Below, piece by piece: positions 9,310 to 19,255 of a stretch of DNA of 64,000 bases. This DNA is from Candidatus Latescibacterota bacterium (GTDB lineage: Bacteria > Latescibacterota > UBA2968 > GCA-2709665): assembly GCA_965198095.1 (NCBI GenBank), contig OZ240239.1, positions 118,641-182,640 of the forward strand, written 5' to 3'. The stretch's first letter is position 1. Each line of letters opens with the position of its first letter. Made by a program: the position numbers and the translations under genes. The notes beneath the pieces are model-generated. The model ran no database searches, was not told the DNA's origin, and was given only the letters and a program-made list of their open reading frames with translations.

Positions 9310-10821
9310 TCAACCCGAATGGGCAATTCGCACGTGAACGTCCTTCAGAAGGACTTTGTTCGACGGATCCCGGTTGATCACCTTGATGGTGTTCGCCCCT
9401 TTTCGGATCCGCTCCGGCTCGACGCCGTAGCTGACCCATTCCTCCTGGAGATCGCCGTTCGAAAGAGCGCGGTCGTTCAGCCTGACTTCCAGACGGTCCG
9501 CTTCGGTCAGACCGTCGACGCGGACGCTCAGCGTCACGCTGGGATTGGATCCCGAGTCCTTTCCGGGCAGGTCTTCGCCAATCGTCACAATCGCCGTGTG
9601 AGGCCGGGTCGGTAAGAGCATCACGGGACTTCCCGGGTCCAGCGCAGTCGGATACTCGTAAAACCGAAGCAGGCCTTTGATCTCCCGCCCCAGCAGAAAC
9701 CGAAAATGACCGTCCGGGAAGTAGTCCTTGTCCAGTCCGGCCAGGAGCTCGGGGTCGCCCACCTCCCGCCAGGCCGCGCTCGATGGGTCGAACAGATTGT
9801 AGGTGTGGATCCCGTCCGCACCCGCGTGCCAGACGTACATCGCCCTGGCGCGGAAGTTCCTGAGCGCGATCCCGTCCTGCACGTCGGGCGGCCCCTGACG
9901 CCGCCTGGATCCTGACCAGGTCAGATCCGGATAGACCGGCACGCCGTGCTCCCGGCCCAGCTTTACCCAGGTCTCCCACGGCGCCAGCTCCATCTCCCCG
10001 GGGACCAGCAGATCCACGAGATCCTCCTTCAGCCACGCCCTCACGTCCAGGCCCATCACTTCGCAGCACCCGACAGAGGCGGGAAGGCGCTCCGCCACGA
10101 GCATCGGGCGGCCGCGCTCCAACCCGACCTGCTCCGTCATCTCGCGAATACGGCGGTGCAGGCCCGTCATGATCTCCCGCTCCACCTGCGTGCAGTCCTC
10201 CCCATTCGTGCCGCATTTGAAATGAGGCGGGTGGCGAAGCCAGTCCAGCTCGATGCCGTCCACGTCGTACCGCTTGCAGACATCCGCAAGCAGCTCGAAC
10301 GCCCGTTCCTGAACCTCCGGTTCGTCGTAATTCAGTCCTGACCACATTCCGTACTCGGATGGGTCTTCCAGCGATCCGTGCAGAACCTCGGGGTGGTCCT
10401 TCTTGAACTGAGGAATCATCTCAGACCACCGCGGCTGGCCGTCGTGGGTATCGTTCATCCGCATAGACATGAAAATCTCGATCCCGTTCTCCCTGCAGAA
10501 GTCGATCATAATCTGAAGAGGGTCCAGACCCGCCTCGTGGAACGCCTCGATCATGTTCGGCGCGAACACACGCGTCTTCGCGAGGAACGGTTCCGCGACA
10601 TCGCTGATGTAGGACACGTGACCCAGCCCTGCGCTCCAGGGGCAGTAGAAGATCGAGTCGACGTGCGATCCGATCAGCCCTGTCGTGCGGTCCGCAAGGA
10701 GAGCTTCGCGGCTCACCTCCTTGAGGTTGTAGACAATATCGCAGCCGTCGTTGTTGAAAATGATCCGACGTTTTCGGTGTTTGGCCTGCTCTCGCTGTTC
10801 CCTCAGTCGTTTCAATTCCAT
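9310..10821 (-). CDS. GHL-family TIM-barrel glycoside-hydrolase-like protein, subfamily B
   Basis: Start refined to MELKRLREQREQ.. (M23 of ORF 9310..10887), supported by a GAGGAG Shine-Dalgarno and by the N-terminus of the 7705 paralog. Motifs IIFNNDGCDI, DSIFYC, YDVDGIELDWLRHP. Confidence 0.6.
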   Translation of the reverse strand: MELKRLREQREQAKHRKRRIIFNNDGCDIVYNLKEVSREALLADRTTGLIGSHVDSIFYCPWSAGLGHVSYISDVAEPFLAKTRVFAPNMIEAFHEAGLDPLQIMIDFCRENGIEIFMSMRMNDTHDGQPRWSEMIPQFKKDHPEVLHGSLEDPSEYGMWSGLNYDEPEVQERAFELLADVCKRYDVDGIELDWLRHPPHFKCGTNGEDCTQVEREIMTGLHRRIREMTEQVGLERGRPMLVAERLPASVGCCEVMGLDVRAWLKEDLVDLLVPGEMELAPWETWVKLGREHGVPVYPDLTWSGSRRRQGPPDVQDGIALRNFRARAMYVWHAGADGIHTYNLFDPSSAAWREVGDPELLAGLDKDYFPDGHFRFLLGREIKGLLRFYEYPTALDPGSPVMLLPTRPHTAIVTIGEDLPGKDSGSNPSVTLSVRVDGLTEADRLEVRLNDRALSNGDLQEEWVSYGVEPERIRKGANTIKVINRDPSNKVLLKDVHVRIAHSG

Positions 10822-11038
10822 ATCGCGAAACTCCTCATCTAACGCGTGCGCGAAACAAATCCCCCCTGCCCCTCCCTCGACTCGCAAGCTCGCTCGGGAC
10901 AGGCCTTTGCTAAAGGGGGGAGACTACTCGTACCGACATACTACCCATCAAGAAACGGAATCCTCCCCCTTTGGAAAAGGGGGACTGAGGGGGATTTCGT
11001 TCGGAATAAAGCATTCTGGTCAGGAACTCATACCGCAA

Positions 11039-13063
11039 TCACACCGCCGTATAAGAAAAATACCGCGCGTCGTTCGCGTCCAGCTCCACCGGAAGACCCT
11101 TCGCCATCAAATCCTTTCCAGAGTACTCGTCCGCCTCGCCCGACTTCTCGTTGGTCACACGATAGGTGCTCCCCGAATCGAGCGACCTCATCCGAATCTC
11201 CAGCCGATCCGTTGTGCCGTAATACCGGAAGACAAGCACGATCCCCTCTTTCGTCCCGTCACGGAACTGTCCGGCGTCCCAATCCGCCTCGTCCTGCGGC
11301 TGCGGCGTCAGGTGATGGTAGTCCTTCATCAGCAGATGCCGAAACCGCTTGTAGACCCCGATCCAGTGCTTCAGGTTCGCCAGCGGCACCGCCTCGATCT
11401 CGTCCATCCTGGCGCTGATGAAGAGCATCCCCGCCATACGGCTGATGCAGGACAGGTCCGAGATCTCCTCGTCCATCCCGATGTGACCCTTCAGCGGCTT
11501 GGGCGCCAGGATCGTCCCGAGGTGACTCGCGGGCAGGAAGGTGTTCCCGCTCAGCTGCATCCGCCGGCAGCGATGAGGATCGCCGCTGAACTCGTTGGCC
11601 CAGCATCCGTGGGACCGCCTCACCACGCCCAGATCGAGTCGGTGCGCCCCGACGGAATTGTTTTGAATGAAGACGTCAGGGTGCCGCTCGAGCAGCCGCT
11701 CCCACACCGAATACAGCCCCTCGTAATACGCGAACTGGATCTTCCCCGTCGGGTCCACGGCCTGCCACGTCGGCAAAGGTCCCTGGTCGCACTCCCAGTG
11801 GATGTATCTCAGCTTCAGTCGCTCGATCACGCCACTGACCAGTTCGAACACATAGTCGCACGCCTCGCGAAGCGCATAGTTCATCAGGCGATATCTGATT
11901 ACCACGAATTTCCAATCGCTCGCACCCTTCGGTGCGTCCGGGAAGAGCAGGTGGGGTTTCTCGTTCCAGATCTTCGTCCCCTCGGAGATCACTTCCAGGT
12001 CGAGGAACAACCCCATACCGATCTCCCTGGAGCGGAGATGTTCCGCCAACGCCTCCATGCCGCGAGGCCACTTCTGCGGGTCTTCAGGCCAGTTCCCAAA
12101 ACCCGTCGCGTGGAGACCCTTGAACCACATGACCACCAAGTCCGCCATCTCTACACCCAGTTCGGCGTTCACATCCGCGTGCAGAAAGAGCTCGTCCTCT
12201 TCAAAGGGCTCCCGGTTTCCCGGCCAGTAGGAATAGGTCACAGGAGGGAGCGCGGCGCCATGGAGCGGAGGGATCAGATGACCCGCGATATACCTTCGCA
12301 GGGCGTTGCTGCCCGCGTCGATGTCGCCCTCGAAGAAGCCGACGTGAACACGCGGAAGCTTCAGGCGCTCGCCCGGCTCCAGGACCAGTCCGTCCACTCC
12401 CGGACCGAGCTTCAGACTCAGGCCAGGTTCAAAGCCCGTGTAAGGCCGTTTCTCATCCGTCCGTTCCTCCGCCTGGACCCGATTCAAGACCTTGAAGTGA
12501 CCGTGCCACAGCCCCGACCACTCGAGGCCGAGAAAGAGTCCGGGTGCGTCCGACCGGGCGCCCGCCGTGGCCAGAAAGATCGGCAGATCCTGGTCCGAGG
12601 AAACGCCGTCTGCCGGCCCGTGGCTGAACTCCGGACCGAACCCCGCCATCGGCATATCCGTGCGCACCCAGTAGACCTCCCTACCCGGATAGCCCAGAAG
12701 CTTCCCGTAGGCACCACCAGAGCTGCTCACGATCTTCGGTATGCCTTCGAACCCGAACAGCGTCATGCTCAGCGCCCACAGGTCTGAAATCGGCTTGGAG
12801 CGCTCCGACGAGGTGTTCGTCAGCGAGAGCTGGTACTCCACCGCACCATAGTCAGGAACAACCTCCACGTGGCAGATCGCATCCAGGCCGGCGTCGCTGC
12901 CGAACCCGAGCTCCCAGCTGTCTTCCGACACCTGCTCGACCCCGTCCTCTGCCCACGTAACAGCGGCATCTTCCATCACGACCGAGAACAGCTCGGTTCG
13001 TTCGATGAACCGGGCCAGTGAAGGCGGGGCCGGCTTCAAGAATGCGTCGAATGTGGCTTGCAT
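11039..13063 (-). CDS. GH36-like alpha-galactosidase family protein (tandem copy 1)
   Basis: Start refined to MQATFDAF.. (GGGAG Shine-Dalgarno; matches the paralog start). YIHWECDQG region resembles the GH27/36 nucleophile region. ~84% aa identity to the 13313-15337 product over the N-terminal 50 residues. Confidence 0.65.
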   Translation of the reverse strand: MQATFDAFLKPAPPSLARFIERTELFSVVMEDAAVTWAEDGVEQVSEDSWELGFGSDAGLDAICHVEVVPDYGAVEYQLSLTNTSSERSKPISDLWALSMTLFGFEGIPKIVSSSGGAYGKLLGYPGREVYWVRTDMPMAGFGPEFSHGPADGVSSDQDLPIFLATAGARSDAPGLFLGLEWSGLWHGHFKVLNRVQAEERTDEKRPYTGFEPGLSLKLGPGVDGLVLEPGERLKLPRVHVGFFEGDIDAGSNALRRYIAGHLIPPLHGAALPPVTYSYWPGNREPFEEDELFLHADVNAELGVEMADLVVMWFKGLHATGFGNWPEDPQKWPRGMEALAEHLRSREIGMGLFLDLEVISEGTKIWNEKPHLLFPDAPKGASDWKFVVIRYRLMNYALREACDYVFELVSGVIERLKLRYIHWECDQGPLPTWQAVDPTGKIQFAYYEGLYSVWERLLERHPDVFIQNNSVGAHRLDLGVVRRSHGCWANEFSGDPHRCRRMQLSGNTFLPASHLGTILAPKPLKGHIGMDEEISDLSCISRMAGMLFISARMDEIEAVPLANLKHWIGVYKRFRHLLMKDYHHLTPQPQDEADWDAGQFRDGTKEGIVLVFRYYGTTDRLEIRMRSLDSGSTYRVTNEKSGEADEYSGKDLMAKGLPVELDANDARYFSYTAV

Positions 13064-13115
13064 TTCAGCTCCCGCTTCCTGCAGCAACTACGTCACCATA
13101 CACTTCAGATGCGCA

Positions 13116-13278
13116 TGTCATTCCGAGGAGCCTCTGCAGAGTCAGATCACGCTTTGCCAAAAACTTGGCGTATTTGCGGCGACGAGGAATCTCAAAAGGG
13201 CATTACTCATTGACTATCTCTTGAAGTATCAGCTGCTGCGTAGACTGTTGCGATTCCTGGCTCACGCTCGGAATGACA
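13116..13278. repeat. ~163-bp element bounded by perfect 12-bp terminal inverted repeats (TGTCATTCCGAG ... CTCGGAATGACA), copy 1
   Basis: Inverted termini read directly. Lies between the GH36 paralogs, 3' of GH36 copy 2. Confidence 0.5.
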
Positions 13279-13312
13279 GATTAGGTTGCGAGGTTCCTGT
13301 CGAAAAAGGTGA

Positions 13313-15337
13313 TCACAACTTTTTGTAGGAGAAAAACCTGGCATCATTGGCCTCCAGCTCCGCCGCAAGGCCCTGCGCCATCAAGTCCTTACCCGAACAC
13401 TCCTCCGCTTCGCCCGATTTCTCGTTCGTCACACGATACTGGCTCTTCGGATCGAGCGATCTCATCCTTATCTCCTGCCGTCCTGTCCTGCCGTAAAACC
13501 GGAAGACCAGCACGATTCCCTCCTTCGTCCCGTCACAGAACTGCCCGGCGTCCCAGTCCGCCTCGTCCTGCGGCTGCGGCGTCAGGTGATAGTAGTCCTT
13601 CATCAGCAGATGCCGGGACCGCTTGAAGACCCCGATCCAGTGCTTCAGGTTTGCCAGGGGCGCCGCCTCGATCTCGTCCATCCTGGCGCTTACAAAAAGC
13701 ATCCCCGCCATTCGGCTGATGCAGGACAGATCCGAGATCTCCTCGTCCATCCCGATATGGCCCTTCATCGGCTTGGGCGCCAGGATCGTCCCGAGGTGAC
13801 TCGCGGGCAGGAAGGTGTTCCCGCTCAGCTGCAACCTGCGGCACCGGTGTGGATCGCTCATGAACTCGGTGGCCCATCCGCCGTGGGAACGCTTGATCAC
13901 TCCCAGGTCGAGCCGGTGCGCCCCGACCAGGTTGTTCTGAATGAAGACGTCGGGGTGCCGCTCCAGCAGCCGCTCCCACACCGAGTACAGCCCCTCATAG
14001 AACGCGAACTGGATCTTCCCGGTCGGATCGACGGCCTGCCACGTCGGCAGGGGTGCCTGGTCACACTCCCAGTGGATATACCTCAGCTTCAGGCGCTCGA
14101 TCAGTCCGCTGACCATCTCCAAGACCGTATCGCACGTTTCCGGAAGCGCATAGTTCATCAGGCGGTATCTGAATCCCGCGAACTTGAAGTCGTGCGCCCC
14201 CTTCTTTGGATCCGGGAAGAGCAGGTGCGGTTTTTCGTTCCAGAAATCCGTCCCCTCGGCAACCACCTCCATTTCGATGAACAGCCCCAAACCGATCCCC
14301 TTCGCGCGGGCGTGTTCCGCGAAGGCCTCGATCCCGCTCGGCCACTTCTCCGGATCTTCCGGCCAGTTTCCGTGACTCCTGGGATGGTGACCCCTGACCC
14401 AGGCGACGTCCACGTTTGCCGTCTCGATACCGAGTTCCGCGCTCACGTCCATGTGTTGGCACAACTCATCCTCTGTAAATGGATCCCGGTTCCCCGGCCA
14501 GTAGGAATAGGTCACCTGAGGGAGCGCCATCCCCTCGAGTGGAGGGATCAGATAACCTGAAATGTAGCGGCGAAGGGCGTTGCTGCCGGCGTCGATGTCC
14601 CCCTCGAAGAAGCCGACGTGAACGCGCGGAAGCTTCAGGCGCTCGCCCGGTTCCAGGACCAGTCCATCCACTCCGGGGCCGAGCTTCAGACTGAGGCCGG
14701 GTTCAAAGCGCGTATAACGCCGTTTTTCGTCCGTCCGTTCCTCCGCCTGGCCCAGGTTTAGCGTCTTGAAGTGCGCGTGCCACAGCCCGGACCACTCCAG
14801 GCCCAGAAAGAGTCCCGGTGCGTCCGACTGGGCGCCGGCCGTGGCCAGAAAGATCGGCAGGTCCTGGTCTGAAGACACGCCGTCCGCCGGCCCGTGGCTG
14901 AACTCCGGTCCGAACCCCGACATCGGCATATCCGTCCGCACCCAGTACACCTCCCTACCCGGATAGCCCAGAACCTTCCCGTAGGCACCGCCGGAGCTGC
15001 TCACGATCTTTGGAAGACCTTCGAACCCGGACAGCGTCAGGCTCAGCGCCCACAGGTCCGAAATCGGCTTGCAGCGCTCCGACGAGGTGTTCGTCAGAGT
15101 GACCTGATACTCTACGGCACCATACTCTGCAACAACCTCCACGTGGCAGATCGCATCCAGCCCGGCGTCGCTGCTGAACCCGAGCTCCCAGGTATGCTCC
15201 GATACCTGCTCGACCTGGTCCTCCGTCCACGAAACGGCCGATGCTTCCATCATCACCGAAAACAGCTCCGTTCGCTCGATGAACTCGGCCAGTGAAGGTG
15301 GAGCCGGCTTCAGGAATGCATCGAATGTGGCCTTCAT
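13313..15337 (-). CDS. GH36-like alpha-galactosidase family protein (tandem copy 2)
   Basis: 674 aa. Collinear and highly similar to 11039-13063. Confidence 0.65.
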   Translation of the reverse strand: MKATFDAFLKPAPPSLAEFIERTELFSVMMEASAVSWTEDQVEQVSEHTWELGFSSDAGLDAICHVEVVAEYGAVEYQVTLTNTSSERCKPISDLWALSLTLSGFEGLPKIVSSSGGAYGKVLGYPGREVYWVRTDMPMSGFGPEFSHGPADGVSSDQDLPIFLATAGAQSDAPGLFLGLEWSGLWHAHFKTLNLGQAEERTDEKRRYTRFEPGLSLKLGPGVDGLVLEPGERLKLPRVHVGFFEGDIDAGSNALRRYISGYLIPPLEGMALPQVTYSYWPGNRDPFTEDELCQHMDVSAELGIETANVDVAWVRGHHPRSHGNWPEDPEKWPSGIEAFAEHARAKGIGLGLFIEMEVVAEGTDFWNEKPHLLFPDPKKGAHDFKFAGFRYRLMNYALPETCDTVLEMVSGLIERLKLRYIHWECDQAPLPTWQAVDPTGKIQFAFYEGLYSVWERLLERHPDVFIQNNLVGAHRLDLGVIKRSHGGWATEFMSDPHRCRRLQLSGNTFLPASHLGTILAPKPMKGHIGMDEEISDLSCISRMAGMLFVSARMDEIEAAPLANLKHWIGVFKRSRHLLMKDYYHLTPQPQDEADWDAGQFCDGTKEGIVLVFRFYGRTGRQEIRMRSLDPKSQYRVTNEKSGEAEECSGKDLMAQGLAAELEANDARFFSYKKL

Positions 15338-15377
15338 CTCAGCCCCGTTCTACATCACGATACACTTTGCAGGAACC

Positions 15378-15542
15378 TGTCATCCCGAGGAGCCTTTACG
15401 GAGTCAAATCATGCCTTTCTTAAAAACCCTGGCGAATTACGGCGACGAGGAATCTCAGGAAGAAAGTATTCACTTAACAATATCTTGAAGACGTAGCTGC
15501 TCCGTCATGTGTTGAGATTCCTCGCTCGCGCTCGGAATGACA
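15378..15542. repeat. ~165-bp element with terminal inverted repeats TGTCATCCCGAG / CTCGGAATGACA, copy 2 (diverged)
   Basis: Same architecture and ~70% internal identity to 13116-13278. Lies upstream of GH36 copy 2. Confidence 0.5.
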
Positions 15543-15595
15543 AATCGGGTTGTGGACCTTGGTGATACACGCCCATCCGAAAGCCAAATACGTCA

Positions 15596-16783
15596 TCACC
15601 AGCTGGCGATGAATTCCTCCACGTCGAAATCTTCCGGCAAGTCCTGGCAGACGTACTCCATCGGCCCGGACTGGAAGCCCGGAACAAACTGCTCTTCATC
15701 AGATCTGAGCCTCGCGTCCAGCGCAGAGAAACGCTGCCACAGGGTATCGATCTCTTTCTGCGAAAATCGAGGGCCGACAACCTCGTGCTGAGTCCAATCA
15801 CGGAGATAGTTTCTTTGCTTCGGGTGAGAATCGAACCGGAGCTTGTAGACCAGTTTCGAGATGAGGATCAGACAGACGATCCGCGCAGGTTCGGCTGGGT
15901 GAAGCCTTGCAAGTGCATCCTGAAAAGGCTCAACATCCTTGTCCAAAACGGCGCGGAGCAGCGACGTGATCGTATCGCACTCCTCCGCATAAAACGCCGC
16001 GAGTCGATCGTAGACCCGGCGGCCGGATTCCGACAGATATCGGGTGAATCCGAGATCTCGAACAAACCCGGGGACGTACGGAAAGACCGGGCCTCCGAAT
16101 GAACGGTAGCCCAGATGGACTGTCCTGCGCAGCTTGGTCCCGTAGTTGCTGCCCCAGTGGAGAATCGTATTCGTATACACCACCCCGTCGCCCGCTTTCA
16201 ACTCCACCTGAAGGCCATTGGGGAGGGGGACACAGGGGTCCTCGTCCAGCAGGCAGTTCTCCTCGTCGGTATTCGATCGACGGTGACTTCCGGGAATGAC
16301 CCACAGCACGTCGTCGTCGTAGAGCGGGATGTTCCACTGCAGATAGCCCGGAGCGTTTTCCAGCAGGTCGATCTGCAGGCCGCGAAGCGGCCCTTCGTCC
16401 ATCGGATGGATGTCGCGATGCCACTTCGCCGGCCCGTGGTCGCGCACCGGGTTGCACATCATGAAGATGCCTGTGTTCGACGCTTCCTCAGCTTGCATCA
16501 ATTGGCGGTTGACGCCCCTCGTGTTTTCGTGAAGGCAGAACTCCATCGTGTCGGCAGTCGTTTCGTCGATCAGGTTCTGCCATCCCCTCAGCCGGGGCTG
16601 GGGATCGGCCTCCCACACCCCGCCCGGCGGGTCTCCCGGTTCGCGGTCACGGGCCCAGATCTCCCGCTGCCGATCGACAAGCGTCTCGAAATTTTTCCTC
16701 AGCCCCTCGAGTTGATCCGGCGGAATCACCTCACGCAGGATGATGAACCCATCTTTTTTCAGTTGCCCGAGGTCTACATTCAT
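15596..16783 (-). CDS. phytanoyl-CoA dioxygenase (PhyH) family Fe(II)/2-oxoglutarate-dependent oxygenase
   Basis: 395 aa. PhyH-like N-terminus (KDGFIILREVIPPDQL), WHRDIH..D and later H consistent with the HxD...H facial triad. Confidence 0.65.
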   Translation of the reverse strand: MNVDLGQLKKDGFIILREVIPPDQLEGLRKNFETLVDRQREIWARDREPGDPPGGVWEADPQPRLRGWQNLIDETTADTMEFCLHENTRGVNRQLMQAEEASNTGIFMMCNPVRDHGPAKWHRDIHPMDEGPLRGLQIDLLENAPGYLQWNIPLYDDDVLWVIPGSHRRSNTDEENCLLDEDPCVPLPNGLQVELKAGDGVVYTNTILHWGSNYGTKLRRTVHLGYRSFGGPVFPYVPGFVRDLGFTRYLSESGRRVYDRLAAFYAEECDTITSLLRAVLDKDVEPFQDALARLHPAEPARIVCLILISKLVYKLRFDSHPKQRNYLRDWTQHEVVGPRFSQKEIDTLWQRFSALDARLRSDEEQFVPGFQSGPMEYVCQDLPEDFDVEEFIASW

Positions 16784-16845
16784 CTACAGCAGTCCTGTTC
16801 TCCCCCTTCCCTTTAGCGAAGGGGGCTGGGGGGTTAGGTCCGTTT

Positions 16846-17517
16846 TCACGCCTTCAGTATGGCCGAAAGCTGCTCCGTCCTCACCAGATCCGCCCAACGC
16901 GATCCGATCAGACAGGGCATGATGTCCTTCGTCCCCTGCGTCTGGAAGAGCACCGCGTCTTCCACCCAGCTGTTTTTGTAACCGTATTCCCGGCTCTGGA
17001 TCAGCGTATAGAACACGCAGGCGTCCCCGAACTGGCCGCAGAGCACGTTGTGCTCGATCCCCGCGTTGCGCAGCATGAAGTCCAGCCCGGTCCCCGTAAA
17101 CGAGGAGCTCGTCGGCTTCTGAATCACGATCTCGCCCTCGATCGGCGCCAGCTCATCGATCACCGACATCGGTTTGCTGCCCACGAGGTCGTAATCCCGG
17201 CCTTTCATGTAGGGCACCATGTCCCGCCCGTCTTTCGTTCGCCTCGCCATTTCCATAAACACCACCGTCCCGCCCGCTTTGCGAAAGACATCCAGCACCA
17301 GCCTGATCCTCGGGATGATCTCCGCCAGCTCCTTCTCGAAGAACGCCCGCCGCTCCTCCAGCGCTTCGGCTTTCAGCCCGGTCTGTCCCGTGACCCACCA
17401 GTCCGGGTCACAGAATCGATTCATCATGTCCACGATAATCAGCGCCGTCCGATCTGGCGGAAGTTGGTCCGCCTCACTCAACCGCGACACCGTGAACTGG
17501 TCCAAATCCACGAGCAT
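16846..17517 (-). CDS. isochorismatase-family cysteine hydrolase
   Basis: 223 aa. Canonical ALIIVDMMNRF and catalytic-Cys region (VLCGQFGDACV). Confidence 0.8.
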   Translation of the reverse strand: MLVDLDQFTVSRLSEADQLPPDRTALIIVDMMNRFCDPDWWVTGQTGLKAEALEERRAFFEKELAEIIPRIRLVLDVFRKAGGTVVFMEMARRTKDGRDMVPYMKGRDYDLVGSKPMSVIDELAPIEGEIVIQKPTSSSFTGTGLDFMLRNAGIEHNVLCGQFGDACVFYTLIQSREYGYKNSWVEDAVLFQTQGTKDIMPCLIGSRWADLVRTEQLSAILKA

Positions 17518-17629
17518 CGGTCTCTCCTTTGCTTTTCGTTTTTCTCAATCTTCTCTGCGACCTCTGCGCCTCGGATCACAATCCTTTGGGGGCAGGCGGT
17601 GATTCTTGGTTCTTGATTTTCCCGATCCC

Positions 17630-17660
17630 CGGTACCCGTGTTTTGCTTTCCCGGTACCCG
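17630..17660 (-). promoter_or_regulatory. GGTACC-N16-GGTACC box (copy 2)
   Basis: CCGGTACCCGTGTTTTGCTTTCCCGGTACCCG, ~115 bp upstream of the isochorismatase start. Confidence 0.5.
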
Positions 17661-17701
17661 GATTTCCATTCCGCAATCCCAAATTCGCAATCCGCAATTG
17701 G

Positions 17702-19255
17702 CTAGCCTCTCATCGGCAGAATCCGGTAATTGATCTCCAGGTTCACGTCGTGGAGCACGAATTCCGTCTCCACCCGCGGATTCCGTTTCCTCAGCACCGC
17801 TTCCACCTCATTCCATCCCTGCTTGATCCAGCCCCCCGCCCTTACATCATATCGAAGCGCATAGTTCCCCTGAAAGGCATTGGGGCCGGGACCTACGGTG
17901 TATTTCTGCGGAACGTCCAGCGGGACGGTCTGCGGCAGGGCTTTTCCATTCAGCTTGAACTCGTATTCGTCCTCCGAGGTCACGCCCACGAGGATCAGCT
18001 CGAGGGTCACTGCATCCACGATCCCCCGCTCACCGGCCTTCTCCAGATCGTCGCTCACCAGAAAACGGATCGTCTCTCCGGAATTCTCCTCCAGCGCAAA
18101 CGGAAGCGGATAGTCACAGCCCTCATAAGCTTCTGGCGAAGGCCACGAGCGGACAGAGCCGAAGGCGGGTGTGACCACATAAAGCTTGTCCCTGAACTCA
18201 AGCGTGGCCGGATCCCCGAGCTGCGACAGGATCTCGCGGTCATCCATCTTCGCCATCGTCTGGTGATGGAAGTTGAACAGGTAGATGCCGTCCACGCCCT
18301 GCCGCCAGGCGTTGAGCGCCCCGGCCCGCAGGGCCGCTTTCGGCGGGCGGCTGTGGCCCCCGGGCCCCACTTGCTCGGAGGTACTGCCCAGGATGCGGCA
18401 GTCCGTGCCCTCGGCCATTTCCAGGAACGACTCGAACGGAAGGTAGGTCACGGTATCCCAGTAGCATGAGGGTGAGACGAAGTCGACGAGCCCCTCCTTG
18501 ATCCATGTCCCTACCTCCAGACCGAGCTCGTGACATTTCTCCGGTGTACCGGCAACGCGAACGCCGAACCCTACAGGACGGCCCCGCGCCTCGCCGATAC
18601 GATTCAGCAGCGCCCGCGCCTCTCGCATGTATTCGGTAAGCATCGGCCGGGCTTCGTCCATGTCGGGATAGTGGTAGCCGGGGTGACGGATGAAGTCCCA
18701 CTCGAACCCGTCCGTGTCGTAGCGCGTGCATGCCTCCTCCACCAGCGCCAGACGATGGGCGCGTACCTCCGGAATCGCAAAGTTCAGACCGGTACTCTGT
18801 TTGTCTGAACGGGGCATCGGGGCGGCGGCCTTGTCGCCCAGCTCGTACTCCGGATGGCTGACCCGCCATTCACTCTTCCACTGGTAACGGGAGCCGTGCA
18901 GGTCGTTGAACCGGTTCGCGATCCAGTACTCCATCCCGGCCTCGTGGGCCGCCTCCAGCGCCACCTTCCAGGGGTCTACCCCTTCCGCCCAGAGCCTCAG
19001 CATAATCTCCTGCTGCCGCCACTCGCTCACATAGCCGACCGTCTCCATGTCGATGCCCTTGGCGCCGGGTACCTCGGTCGGCCACAGCGGAACCGCGTCG
19101 CCGAACCCGAACTGGTGGCAGACCACCGCGTCCACCTGTGTGCCGATAAACCTGCCTACCGACTCGTAGACGAACTCCTCCGGCGTCATCGGCGGTGCGC
19201 AGTAGAGCAGAAAGCTTCCGTCATTGTGGTAGAAAAATTTCGGTGGCTTGGCCAT
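17702..19255 (-). CDS. GHL-family TIM-barrel glycoside-hydrolase-like protein, subfamily A
   Basis: 517 aa. MAKPPKFFYHNDGSFLLYCAPPMTPEEFVYE.., VDAVVCH, YDTDGFEWDFIRHP. AGGAGGGAG Shine-Dalgarno. No signal peptide. Confidence 0.6.
   Translation of the reverse strand: MAKPPKFFYHNDGSFLLYCAPPMTPEEFVYESVGRFIGTQVDAVVCHQFGFGDAVPLWPTEVPGAKGIDMETVGYVSEWRQQEIMLRLWAEGVDPWKVALEAAHEAGMEYWIANRFNDLHGSRYQWKSEWRVSHPEYELGDKAAAPMPRSDKQSTGLNFAIPEVRAHRLALVEEACTRYDTDGFEWDFIRHPGYHYPDMDEARPMLTEYMREARALLNRIGEARGRPVGFGVRVAGTPEKCHELGLEVGTWIKEGLVDFVSPSCYWDTVTYLPFESFLEMAEGTDCRILGSTSEQVGPGGHSRPPKAALRAGALNAWRQGVDGIYLFNFHHQTMAKMDDREILSQLGDPATLEFRDKLYVVTPAFGSVRSWPSPEAYEGCDYPLPFALEENSGETIRFLVSDDLEKAGERGIVDAVTLELILVGVTSEDEYEFKLNGKALPQTVPLDVPQKYTVGPGPNAFQGNYALRYDVRAGGWIKQGWNEVEAVLRKRNPRVETEFVLHDVNLEINYRILPMRG

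Noticed and set aside
10751-12787. Long plus-strand ORFs, including 10751..12787 (678 aa), 21877..24168 (763 aa), 50756..53260 (834 aa), 24536..25867, 29989..31413 and 45..1121
   Set aside because: Their translations are low-complexity and rich in Arg, Pro, Ala and Gly. Each is fully antisense to a minus-strand gene with clear family signatures. They are the open antisense frames expected at this GC content.
13005-13328. Plus-strand ORFs 13005..13328 and 15279..15488, which are similar to each other (MNRASEGGAGFKNASNV.. / MNSASEGGAGFRNASNV..)
   Set aside because: Their similarity derives from lying antisense to the conserved 5' ends of the duplicated GH36 genes. They are not independent genes.
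17630-17660. Reading the GGTACC box as a sigma-54 (-24 GG / -12 GC) promoter
   Set aside because: On the plus strand, GG and TTGC are spaced two nt further apart than the TGGCAC-N5-TTGC consensus. All flanking genes are on the opposite strand, so the element cannot drive them in that orientation. No sigma-54 activator gene lies nearby.
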